A DNA stretch of 64,000 nucleotides, from assembly GCF_009914755.1 (NCBI RefSeq), contig NC_060939.1; one strand, 5' to 3'. Below, piece after piece: positions 10,776 to 24,900 of this stretch. The notes under the pieces were generated by a model. It saw only the letters and a list, made by a program, of their open reading frames with translations, did no database searches and was not told the DNA's origin. The DNA is from the human T2T-CHM13v2.0 reference genome, Homo sapiens. The translations under genes were made by a program, and so were the position numbers. Numbering within the stretch: the stretch's first letter is position 1; every line of letters begins with the position of its first letter.

Positions 10776-12950
10776 GGTACCATTCCATATTGTTCCATTC
10801 GATTCCATTCGAATCCATTCCATTCCAGTCCATTCCATTTGATTCCATTCCATTCCTTTCAATTCCATTCCATTCCATTCCATTCCACTTGATTCCTCTC
10901 CATTCCCTTCCACTGCATTCCATTCAATTCCATTCCATTGCATTGCATTCCATTCCATTGGACTGCATTCCATTCGATTCCATTCCATTCGAATCAATTA
11001 CATAGCAATCCATTACATTCGAGTCTATTCTATTCCGTTCCATTCGATTTCGTTCCAATCCATTCCATTCCATTCCATTCGATTCCATTCCATACTATTG
11101 CATTCCATTCGATTACATTATATTCGAATAAGTTCCATTCAAGACCATTTCTTTTGAGTCCATTCTATTTGAGTCCATTCCCTTTGATTCCATAACATTT
11201 GAGTCCATTCAATTCCATTCCTTTCGTTTCCATTCCATTTGATGCCATTCCATTCAATTCTGTTCTACTCGACTCCAATACATTCAATTCCATTCCATCC
11301 GATTCCATTACATTCTTTTCATTTCTTATCCATTTCAAGCCATTCCACTCCATTCCATTCCACTCGTTTCCTTTCCATTCGAGTCCATTCCTCTCCAGTC
11401 CAATCCGTTCAATCCATTCCATTCCAGTCCATTCCATTCGAGTCCGTTCCATTCCAGTCCATTCCATTCGAGTCAATTCCATCCCATTCGATGTCTTTCC
11501 ATAACGATCCATTCCATTCTATTCCTTTCGATTCCATTCCATTCTATTTCATTCCATTCGATTCCCTTCCATTGGACTCCTTTCCATTCGAGTGCATTCC
11601 ATTCCGTTCCATTTCTTTCCGTTCTGTACGATTCCTACCGTTCGATTTCATTTTGTTCCAGTCCATTCCTTTCGCGTCCATTCCATTCCATTTCACTCCA
11701 TTCGATTCCATTCCACTCGATTCCACTTCGTTCCATTTCATTGCATTCCATTCTATTCAACTCTATTGCCTTCCATTCCATTCCATTCGATTACATTCCA
11801 TGCGATTCCATTCGAAATCGAATCAATTACATTGCAATCCATAACTATTGAGTCCATTTTATTCCAGTCCACTGCATTCTGGTCCATTCCATTTGATTCC
11901 ATTCCATTCTATTCCATTCCATACAGTTGCATTCCATTGGATTCCATTCTATATCTATAAATTCAATTCGAGACCATTGATTTTGAGTCCATTCTATATG
12001 ATTCCATTCCATTCAAGTCCATTACATTTGGTTCAATTCCATTCCATTCCATTCCCTTCCATTCCATTCCAGTTGATATCAATCCATTCGATTCCATTCC
12101 ATTCGAGCACATTCCATTCGAGTCCATTCCATTCGATGCCATTCCATTTGGTTCTATTCCATTAGTCTCCATTCAATTCCATTAATCTCCATTCCATTCC
12201 ATTCTACTCCAACTGATTCCATTCCATTCTATTCCTTTCCATTCCATTTCATTCCATTCCATTCCATTTCATTCCATTCCATTCCATTCCATTCCATTCG
12301 CTTCCATTCCATTCGTGTCCATTCCATTCCAGTCCATTCCATTTGTGTCCACTGCATTCCATTCCAATCCATTCCATATTATTCCATTACACTCCATTCC
12401 ATTCTATTACTTTCATTTCCATTCAATTCCATTCCATTTGATTCCATTCCACTCGGTTTCATTCCATTTGAGTCCACTCCATTCCATTCCATTCCATTCC
12501 ATTCAGTTCCATTCCATTCTGTTCCATTCCATTCCGTTCCATTGCATTCCATTCCATTCGGTACCATTCCATATTGTTCCATTCGATTCCATTCGAATCC
12601 ATTCCATTCCAGTCCATTCCATTCGATTCCATTCCATTCCTTTCAATTCCATTCCATTCCATTCCATTCCACTTGATTCCACTCCATTCCCTTCCACTGC
12701 ATTCCATTCGATTCCATTCCATTGCATTGCATTCCATTCCATTGGACTGCATTCCATTCGATTCCATTCCATTCGAATCAATTACATAGCAATCCATTAC
12801 ATTCGAGTCTATTCTATTCCGTTCAATTCGATTTTGTTCCAATCCATTCGATTCCATTCCATTCGATTCCATTCCATACTATTGCATTCCATTCTATTAC
12901 ATTATATTCGAATAAGTTCCATTCAAGACCATTTCTTTTGAGTCCATTCT
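10380..12950 (+). repeat. Divergent monomer sub-type (two copies of the variant segment) at the domain boundary
   Basis: Shared variants: CGCTT at 10510 and 12299, only one CGTGTCC..CAGT 30-mer, GGACTGC instead of GGATTGC, CCTTTCAATT instead of CATTTCAATT, and CGTTCCATTGCATT. Confidence 0.85.
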
Positions 12951-15900
12951 ATTTGAGTCCATTCCCTTTGATTCCATAACATTTGAGTCCATTCAATTCC
13001 ATTCCTTTCGTTTCCATTCCATTTGATGCCATTCCATTCAATTCTGTTCTACTCGACTCCAATACATTCAATTCCATTCCATCCGATTCCATTACATTCT
13101 TTTCATTTCTTATCCATTTCAAGCCATTCCACTCCATTCCATTCCACTCGTTTCCTTTCCATTCGAGTCCATTCCTCTCCAGTCCATTCCGTTCAATCCA
13201 TTCCATTCCAGTCCATTCCATTCGAGTCCGTTCCATTCCAGTCCATTCCATTCGAGTCAATTCCATTCCATTCGATGTCTTTCCATAACGATCCATTCCA
13301 TTCTATTCCTTTCGATTCCATTCCATTCTATTTCATTCCATTCGATTCCCTTCCATTGGACTCCTTTCCATTCGAGTGCATTCCATTCCGTTCCATTTCT
13401 TTCCGTTCTGTACGATTCCTACCGTTCGATTTCATTTTGTTCCAGTCCATTCCTTTCGCGTCCATTCCATTCCATTTCACTCCATTCGATTCCATTCCAC
13501 TCGATTCCACTTCGTTCCATTTCATTGCATTCCATTCTATTCAACTCTATTGCCTTCCATTCCATTCCATTCGATTACATTCCATGCGATTCCATTCGAA
13601 ATCGAATCAATTACATTGCAATCCATTACTATTGAGTCCGTTTTATTCCAGTCCACTGCATTCTGGTCCATTCCATTTGATTCCATTCCATTCTATTCCA
13701 TTCCATACAGTTGCATTCCATTGGATTCCATGCTATATCTATAAATTCAATTCGAGACCATTGCTTTTGAGTCCATTCTATATGATTCCATTCCATTCAA
13801 GTCCATTACATTTGGTTCAATTCCATTCCATTCCATTCCCTTCCATTCCATTCCATTTGATATCAATCCATTCGATTCCATTCCATTCGAGCACATTCCA
13901 TTCGAGTCCATTCCATTCGATGCCATTCCATTTGATTCTATTCCATTAGTCTCCATTCAATTCCATTAATCTCCATTCCATTCCATTCTACTCCAACTGA
14001 TTCCATTCCATTCTATTCCTTTCCATTCCATTTCATTCCATTCCATTCCATTCCATTCCATTCCATTCGTGTCCATTCCACTCCAGTCCATTCCATTCGT
14101 GTCCATTCCATTCCAGTCCATTCCATTTGTGTCCACTGCATTCCATTCCACTCCATTCCATATTATTCCATTACACACCATTCCATTCTATCACTTTCAT
14201 TTCCATTCAATTCCATTCCATTTGATTCCATTCCACTCGGTTTCATTCCATTTGAGTCCACTCCATTCCATTCCATTCAGTTCCATTCCATTCTGTTCCA
14301 TTCCATTCCGTTCCATTACATTCCATTCCATTCGGTACCATTCCATATTGTTCCATTCGATTCCATTCGAATCCATTCCATTCCAGTCCATTCCATTCGA
14401 TTCCATTCCATTCATTTCAATTCCATTCCATTCCATTCCATTACATTCCACTTGATTCCTCTCCATTCCCTTCCACTGCATTCCGTTCGATTCCATTCCA
14501 TTGCATTGCATTCCATTCCATTGGATTGCATTCCATTCGATTCCATTCCATTCGAATCAATTACATAGCAATCCATTACATTCGAGTCTATTCTATTCCG
14601 TTCCATTCGATTTCGTTCCAATCCATTCGATTCCATTCCATTCGATTCCATTCCATACTATTGCATTCCATTCGATTACATTATATTCGAATAAGTTCCA
14701 TTCAAGACCATTTCTTTTGAGTCCATTCTATTTGAGTCCATTCCCTTTGATTCCATAACATTTGAGTCCATTCAATTCCATTCCTTTCGTTTCCATTCCA
14801 TTTGATGCCATTCCATTCAATTCTGTTCTACTCGACTCCAATACATTCAATTCCATTCCATCCGATTCCATTACATTCTTTTCATTTCTTATCCATTTCA
14901 AGCCATTCCACTCCATTCCATTCCACTCGTTTCCTTTCCATTCGAGTCCATTCCTCTCCAGTCCATTCCGTTCAATCCATTCCATTCCAGTCCATTCCAT
15001 TCGAGTCCGTTCCATTCCAGTCCATTCCATTCGAGTCAATTCCATTCCATTCGATGTCTTTCCATAACGATCCATTCCATTCTATTCCTTTCGATTCCAT
15101 TCCATTCTATTTCATTCCATTCGATTCCCTTCCATTGGACTCCTTTCCATTCGAGTGCATTCCATTCCTTTCCATTTCTTTCCGTTCTGTACGATTCCTA
15201 CCGTTCGATTTCATTTTGTTCCAGTCCATTCCTTTCGCGTCCATTCCATTCCATTTCACTCCATTCGATTCCATTCCACTCGATTCCACTTCGTTCCATT
15301 TCATTGCATTCCATTCTATTCAACTCTATTGCCTTCCATTCCATTCCATTCGATTACATTCCATGCGATTCCATTCGAAATCGAATCAATTACATTGCAA
15401 TCCATTACTATTGAGTCCGTTTTATTCCAGTCCACTGCATTCTGTTCCATTCCATTTGATTCCATTCCATTCTATTCCATTCCATACAGTTGCATTCCAT
15501 TGGATTCCATGCTATATCTATAAATTCAATTCGAGACCATTGCTTTTGAGTCCATTCTATATGATTCCATTCCATTCAAGTCCATTACATTTGGTTCAAT
15601 TCCATTCCATTCCATTCCCTTCCATTCCATTCCATTTGATATCAATCCATTCGATTCCATTCCATTCGAGCACATTCCATTCGAGTCCATTCCATTCGAT
15701 GCCATTCCATTTGATTCTATTCCATTAGTCTCCATTCAATTCCATTAATCTCCATTCCATTCCATTCTACTCCAACTGATTCCATTCCATTCTATTCCTT
15801 TCCATTCCATTTCATTCCATTCCATTCCATTTCATTCCATTCCATTCCATTCGCTTCCATTCCATTCGTGTCCATTCCACTCCAGTCCATTCCATTCGTG

Positions 15901-18900
15901 TCCATTCCATTCCAGTCCATTCCATTTGTGTCCACTGCATTCCATTCCACTCCATTCCATATTATTCCATTACACTCCATTCCATTCTATTACTTTCATT
16001 TCCATTCAATTCCATTCCATTTGATTCCATTCCACTCGGTTTCATTCCATTTGAGTCCACTCCATTCCATTCCATTCCATTCAGTTCCATTCCATTCTGT
16101 TCCATTCCATTCCGTTCCATTCCATTCCATTCCATGCGGTACCATTCCATATTGTTCCATTCGATTCCATTCGAATCCATTCCATTCCAGTCCATTCCAT
16201 TCGATACCATTCCATTCATTTCAATTCCATTCCATTCCATTACATTACATTCCACTTGATTCCTCTCCATTCCCTTCCACTGCATTCCGTTCGATTCCAT
16301 TCCATTGCATTGCATTCCATTCCATTGGATTGCATTCCATTCGATTCCATTCCATTCGAATCAATTACATAGCAATCCATTACATTCGAGTCTATTCTAT
16401 TCCGTTCCATTCGATTTCGTTCCAATCCATTCGATTCCATTCCATTCGATTCCATTCCATACTATTGCATTCCATTCGATTACATTATATTCGAATAAGT
16501 TCCATTCAAGACCATTTCTTTTGAGTCCATTCTATTTGAGTCCATTCCCTTTGATTCCATAACATTTGAGTCCATTCAATTCCATTCCTTTCGTTTCCAT
16601 TCCATTTGATGCCATTCCATTCAATTCTGTTCTACTCGACTCCAATACATTCAATTCCATTCCATCCGATTCCATTACATTCTTTTCATTTCTTATCCAT
16701 TTCAAGCCATTCCACTCCATTCCATTCCACTCGTTTCCTTTCCATTCGAGTCCATTCCTCTCCAGTCCATTCCGTTCAATCCATTCCATTCCAGTCCATT
16801 CCATTCGAGTCCGTTCCATTCCAGTCCATTCCATTCGAGTCAATTCCATTCCATTCGATGTCTTTCCATAACGATCCATTCCATTCTATTCCTTTCGATT
16901 CCATTCCATTCTATTTCATTCCATTCGATTCCCTTCCATTGGACTCCTTTCCATTCGAGTGCATTCCATTCCGTTCCATTTATTTCCGTTCTGTACGATT
17001 CCTACCGTTCGATTTCATTTTGTTCCAGTCCATTCCTTTCGCGTCCATTCCATTCCATTTCACTCCATTCGATTCCATTCCACTCGATTCCACTTCGTTC
17101 CATTTCATTGCATTCCATTCTATTCAACTCTATTGCCTTCCATTCCATTCCATTCGATTACATTCCATGCGATTCCATTCGAAATCGAATCAATTACATT
17201 GCAATCCATTACTATTGAGTCCGTTTTATTCCAGTCCACTGCATTCTGGTCCATTCCATTTGATTCCATTCCATTCTATTCCATTCCATACAGTTGCATT
17301 CCATTGGATTCCATGCTATATCTATAAATTCAATTCGAGACCATTGCTTTTGAGTCCATTCTATATGATTCCATTCCATTCAAATCCATTACTTTTGGTT
17401 CAATTCCATTCCATTCCATTCCCTTCCATTCCATTCCATTTGATATCAATCCATTCGATTCCATTCCATTCGAGCACATTCCATTCGAGACCATTCCATT
17501 CGATGCCATTCCATTTGATTCTATTCCATTAGTCTCCATTCAATTCCATTAATCTCCATTCCATTCCATTCTACTCCAACTGATTCCATTCCATTCTATT
17601 CCTTTCCATTCCATTTCATTCCATTCCATTCCATTTCATTCCATTCCATTCCATTCGTGTCCATTCCACTCCAGTCCATTCCATTCGTGTCCATTCCATT
17701 CCAGTCCATTCCATTTGTGTCCACTGCATTCCATTCCACTCCATTCCATATTATTCCATTACACTCCATTCCATTCTATCACTTTCATTTCCATTCAATT
17801 CCATTCCATTTGATTCCATTCCACTCGGTTTCATTCCATTTGAGTCCACTCCATTCCATTCCATTGCATTCCATTCAGTTCCATTCCATTCTGTTCCATT
17901 CCATTCCGTTCCATTACATTCCATTCCATTCGGTACCATTCCATATTGTTCCATTCGATTCCATTCGAATCCATTCCATTCCAGTCCATTCCATTCGATT
18001 CCATTCCATTCATTTCAATTCCATTCCATTCCATTCCATTACATTCCACTTGATTCCTCTCCATTCCCTTCCACTGCATTCCGTTCGATTCCATTCCATT
18101 GCATTGCATTCCATTCCATTGGATTGCATTCCATTCGATTCCATTCCATTCGAATCAATTACATAGCAATCCATTGCATTCGAGTCTATTCTCTTCCGTT
18201 CCATTCGATTTCGTTCCAATCCATTCGATACCATTCCATTCGATTCCATTCCATACTATTGCATTCCATTCGATTACATTATATTCGAATAAGTTCCATT
18301 CAAGACCATTTCTTTTGAGTCCATTCTATTTGAGTCCATTCCCTTTGATTCCATAACATTTGAGTCCATTCAATTCCATTCCTTTCGTTTCCATTCCATT
18401 TGATGCCATTCCATTCAATTCTGTTCTACTCGACTCCAATACACTCAATTCCATTCCATCCGATTCCATTACATTCTTTTCATTTCTTATCCATTTCAAG
18501 CCATTCCACTCCATTCCATTCCACTCGTTTCCTTTCCATTCGAGTCCATTACTCTCCAGTCCATTCCGTTCAATCCATTCCATTCCAGTCCATTCCATTC
18601 GAGTCCGTTCCATTCCAGTCCATTCCATTCGAGTCAATTCCATTCCATTCGATGTCTTTCCATAACGATCCATTCCATTCTATTCCTTTCGATTCCATTC
18701 CATTCTATTTCATTCCATTCGATTCCCTTCCATTGGACTCCTTTCCATTCGAGTGCATTCCATTCCTTTCCATTTCTTTCCATTCTGTACGATTCCTACC
18801 GTTCGATTTCATTTTGTTCCAGTCCATTCCTTTCGCGTCCATTCCATTCCATTTCACTCCATTCGATTCCATTCCACTCGATTCCACTTCGTTCCATTTC

Positions 18901-21900
18901 ATTGCATTCCATTCTATTCAACTCTATTGCCTTCCATTCCATTCCATTCGATTACATTCCATGCGATTCCATTCGAAATCGAATCAATTACATTGCAATC
19001 CATTACTATTGAGTCCGTTTTATTCCAGTCCACTGCATTCTGGTCCATTCCATTTGATTCCATTCCATTCTATTCCATTCCATACAGTTGCATTCCATTG
19101 GATTCCATGCTATATCTATAAATTCAATTCGAGACCATTGCTTTTGAGTCCATTCTATATGATTCCATTCCATTCAAGTCCATTACATTTGGTTCAATTC
19201 CATTCCATTCCATTCCCTTCCATTCCATTCCATTTGATATCAATCCATTCGATTCCATTCCATTCGAGCACATTCCATTCGAGTCCATTCCATTCGATGC
19301 CATTCCATTTGATTCTATTCCATTAGTCTCCATTCAATTCCATTAATCTCCATTCCATTCCATTCTACTCCAACTGATTCCATTCCATTCTATTCCTTTC
19401 CATTCCATTTCATTCCATTCCATTCCATTTCATTCCATTCCATTCCATTCGTGTCCATTCCACTCCAGTCCATTCCATTCGTGTCCATTCCATTCCAGTC
19501 CATTCCATTTGTGTCCACTGCATTCCATTCCACTCCATTCCATATTATTCCATTACACTCCATTCCATTCTATTACTTTCATTTCCATTCAATTCCATTC
19601 CATTTGATTCCATTCCACTCGGTTTCATTCCATTTGAGTCCACTCCATTCCATTCCATTCCATTCCATTCAGTTCCATTCCATTCTGTTCCATTCCATTC
19701 CCTTCCATTACATTCCATTCCATTCGGTACCATTCCATATTGTTCCATTCGATTCCATTCGAATCCATTCCATTCCAGTCCATTCCATTCGATTCCATTC
19801 CATTCATTTCAATTCCATTCCATTCCATTCCATTACATTCCACTTGATTCCTCTCCATTCCCTTCCACTGCATTCCGTTCGATTCCATTCCATTGCATTG
19901 CATTCCATTCCATTGGATTGCATTCCATTCGATTCCATTCCATTCGAATCAATTACATAGCAATCCATTACATTCGAGTCTATTCTCTTCCGTTCCATTC
20001 GATTTCGTTCCAATCCATTCGATTCCATTCCATTCGATTCCATTCCATGCTATTGCATTCCATTCTATTACATTATATTCGAATAAGTTCCATTCAAGAC
20101 CATTTCTTTTGAGTCCATTCTATTTGAGTCCATTCCCTTTGATTCCATAACATTTGAGTCCATTCAATTCCATTCCTTTCGTTTCCATTCCATTTGATGC
20201 CATTCCATTCAATTCTGTTCTACTCGACTCCAATACATTCAATTCCATTCCATCCGATTCCATTACATTCTTTTCATTTCTTATCCATTTCAAGCCATTC
20301 CACTCCATTCCATTCCACTCGTTTCCTTTCCATTCGAGTCCATTCCTCTCCAGTCCATTCCGTTCAATCCATTCCATTCCAGTCCATTCCATTCGAGTCC
20401 GTTCCATTCCAGTCCATTCCATTCGAGTCAATTCCATTCCATTCGATGTCTTTCCATAACGATCCATTCCATTCTATTCCTTTCGATTCCATTCCATTCT
20501 ATTTCATTCCATTCGATTCCCTTCCATTGGACTCCTTTCCATTCGAGTGCATTCCATTCCGTTCCATTTCTTTCCGTTCTGTACGATTCCTACCGTTCGA
20601 TTTCATTTTGTTCCAGTCCATTCCTTTCGCGTCCATTCCATTCCATTTCACTCCATTCGATTCCATTCCACTCGATTCCACTTCGTTCCATTTCATTGCA
20701 TTCCATTCTATTCAACTCTATTGCCTTCCATTCCATTCCATTCGATTACATTCCATGCGATTCCATTCGAAATCGAATCAATTACATTGCAATCCATTAC
20801 TATTGAGTCCGTTTTATTCCAGTCCACTGCATTCTGGTCCATTCCATTTGATTCCATTCCATTCTATTCCATTCCATACAGTTGCATTCCATTGGATTCC
20901 ATGCTATATCTATAAATTCAATTCGAGACCATTGCTTTTGAGTCCATTCTATATGATTCCATTCCATTCAAGTCCATTACATTTGGTTCAATTCCATTCC
21001 ATTCCATTCCCTTCCATTCCATTCCATTTGATATCAATCCATTCGATTCCATTCCATTCGAGCACATTCCATTCGAGTCCATTCCATTCGAAGCCATTCC
21101 ATTTGATTCTATTCCATTAGTCTCCATTCAATTCCATTAATCTCCATTCCATTCCATTCTATTCCAACTGATTCCATTCCACTCTATTCCTTTCCATTCC
21201 ATTTCATTCCATTCCATTCCATTTCATTCCATTCCATTCCATTCGTGTCCATTCCACTCCAGTCCATTCCATTCGTGTCCATTCCATTCCAGTCCATTCC
21301 ATTTGTGTCCACTGCATTCCATTCCACTCCATTCCATATTATTCCATTACACTCCATTCCATTCTATTACTTTCATTTCCATTCAATTCCATTCCATTTG
21401 ATTCCATTCCACTCGGTTTCATTCCATTTGAGTCCACTCCATTCCATTCCATTCCATTCCATTCAGTTCCATTCCATTCTGTTCCATTCCATTCCGTTCC
21501 ATTACATTCCATTCCATTCGGTACCATTCCATATTGTTCCATTCGATTCCATTCGAATCCATTCCATTCCAGTCCATTCCATTCGATTCCATTCCATTCA
21601 TTTCAATTCCATTCCATTCCATTCCATTACATTCCACTTGATTCCTCTCCATTCCCTTCCACTGCATTCCGTTCGATTCCATTCCATTGCATTGCATTCC
21701 ATTCCATTGGATTGCATTCCATTCGATTCCATTCCATTCGAATCAATTACATAGCAATCCATTACATTCGAGTCTATTCTATTCCGTTCCATTCGATTTC
21801 GTTCCAATCCATTCGATTCCATTCCATTCGATTCCATTCCATACTATTGCATTCCATTCGATTACATTATATTCGAATAAGTTCCATTCAAGACCATTTC

Positions 21901-24900
21901 TTTTGAGTCCATTCTATTTGAGTCCATTCCCTTTGATTCCATAACATTTGAGTCCATTCAATTCCATTCCTTTCGTTTCCATTCCATTTGATGCCATTCC
22001 ATTCAATTCTGTTCTACTCGACTCCAATACATTCAATTCCATTCCATCCGATTCCATTACATTCTTTTCATTTCTTATCCATTTCAAGCCATTCCACTCC
22101 ATTCCATTCCAGTCATTTCCTTTCCATTCGAGTCCATTCCTCTCCAGTCCATTCCGTTCAATCCATTCCATTCCAGTCCATTCCATTCGAGTCCGTTCCA
22201 TTCCAGTCCATTCCATTCGAGTCAATTCCATTCCATTCGATGTCTTTCCATAACGATCCATTCCATTCTATTCCTTTCGATTCCATTCCATTCTATTTCA
22301 TTCCATTCGATTCCCTTCCATTGGACTCCTTTCCATTCGAGTGCATTCCATTCCGTTCCATTTCTTTCCGTTCTGTACGATTCCTACCGTTCGATTTCAT
22401 TTTGTTCCAGTCCATTCCTTTCGCGTCCATTCCATTCCATTTCACTCCATTCGATTCCATTCCACTCGATTCCACTTCGTTCCATTTCATTGCATTCCAT
22501 TCTATTCAACTCTATTGCCTTCCATTCCATTCCATTCGATTACATTCCATGCGATTCCATTCGAAATCGAATCAATTACATTGCAATCCATTACTATTGA
22601 GTCCGTTTTATTCCAGTCCACTGCATTCTGGTCCATTCCATTTGATTCCATTCCATTCTATTCCATTCCATACAGTTGCATTCCATTGGATTCCATGCTA
22701 TATCTATAAATTCAATTCGAGACCATTGCTTTTGAGTCCATTCTATATGATTCCATTCCATTCAAATCCATTACATTTGGTTCAATTCCATTCCATTCCA
22801 TTCCCTTCCATTCCATTCCATTTGATATCAATCCATTCGATTCCATTCCATTCGAGCACATTCCATTCGAGTCCATTCCATTCGATGCCATTCCATTTGA
22901 TTCTATTCCATTAGTCTCCATTCAATTCCATTAATCTCCATTCCATTCCATTCTACTCCAACGGATTCCATTCCATTCTATTCCTTTCCATTCCATTTCA
23001 TTCCATTCCATTCCATTTCATTCCATTCCATTCCATTCGTGTCCATTCCACTCCAGTCCATTCCATTCGTGTCCATTCCATTCCAGTCCATTCCATTTGT
23101 GTCCACTGCATTCCATTCCACTCCATTCCATATTATTCCTTTACACTCCATTCCATTCTATCACTTTCATTTCCATTCAATTCCATTCCATTTGATTCCA
23201 TTCCACTCGGTTTCATTCCATTTGAGTCCACTCCATTCCATTCCATTGCATTCCATTCAGTTCCATTCCATTCTGTTCCATTCCATTCCGTTCCATTACA
23301 TTCCATTCCATTCGGTACCATTCCATATTGTTCCATTCGATTCCATTCGAATCCATTCCATTCCAGTCCATTCCATTCGATTCCATTCCATTCATTTCAA
23401 TTCCATTCCATTCCATTCCATTACATTCCACTTGATTCCTCTCCATTCCCTTCCACTGCATTCCGTTCGATTCCATTCCATTGCATTGCATTCCATTCCA
23501 TTGGATTGCATTCCATTCGATTCCATTCCATTCGAATCAATTACATAGCAATCCATTACATTCGAGTCTATTCTCTTCCGTTCCATTCGATTTCGTTCCA
23601 ATCCATTGGATTCCATTCCATTCGATTCCATTCCATACTATTGCATTCCATTCTATTACATTATATTCGAATAAGTTCCATTCAAGACCATTTCTTTTGA
23701 GTCCATTCTATTTGAGTCCATTCTCTTTGATTCCATAACATTTGAGTCCATTCAATTCCATTCCTTTCGTTTCCATTCCATTTGATGCCATTCCATTCAA
23801 TTCTGTTCTACTCGACTCCAATACACTCAATTCCATTCCATCCGATTCCATTACATTCTTTTCATTTCTTATCCATTTCAAGCCATTCCACTCCATTCCA
23901 TTCCACTCGTTTCCTTTCCATTCGAGTCCATTCCTCTCCAGTCCATTCCGTTCAATCCATTCCATTCCAGTCCATTCCATTCGAGTCCGTTCCATTCCAG
24001 TCCATTCCATTCGAGTCAATTCCATCCCATTCGATGTCTTTCCATAACGATCCATTCCATTCTATTCCTTTCGATTCCATTCCATTCTATTTCATTCCAT
24101 TCGATTCCCTTCCATTGGACTCCTTTCCATTCGAGTGCATTCCATTCCTTTCCATTTCTTTCCGTTCTGTACGATTCCTACCATTCGATTTCATTTTGTT
24201 CCAGTCCATTCCTTTCGCGTCCATTCCATTCCATTTCACTCCATTCGATTCCATTCCACTCGATTCCACTTCGTTCCATTTCATTGCATTCCATTCTATT
24301 CAACTCTATTGCCTTCCATTCCATTCCATTCGATTACATTCCATGCGATTCCATTCGAAATCGAATCAATTACATTGCAATCCATTACTATTGAGTCCGT
24401 TTTATTCCAGTCCACTGCATTCTGGTCCATTCCATTTGATTCCATTCCATTCTATTCCATTCCATACAGTTGCATTCCATTGGATTCCATGCTATATCTA
24501 TAAATTCAATTCGAGACCATTGCTTTTGAGTCCATTCTATATGATTCCATTCCATTCAAGTCCATTACATTTGGTTCAATTCCATTCCATTCCATTCCCT
24601 TCCATTCCATTCCATTTGATATCAATCCATTCGATTCCATTCCATTCGAGCACATTCCATTCGAGTCCATTCCATTCGATGCCATTCCATTTGATTCTAT
24701 TCCATTAGTCTCCATTCAATTCCATTAATCTCCATTCCATTCCATTCTACTCCAACTGATTCCATTCCATTCTATTCCTTTCCATTCCATTTCATTCCAT
24801 TCCATTCCATTTCATTCCATTCCATTCCATTCGTGTCCATTCCACTCCAGTCCATTCCATTCGTGTCCATTCCATTCCAGTCCATTCCATTTGTGTCCAC

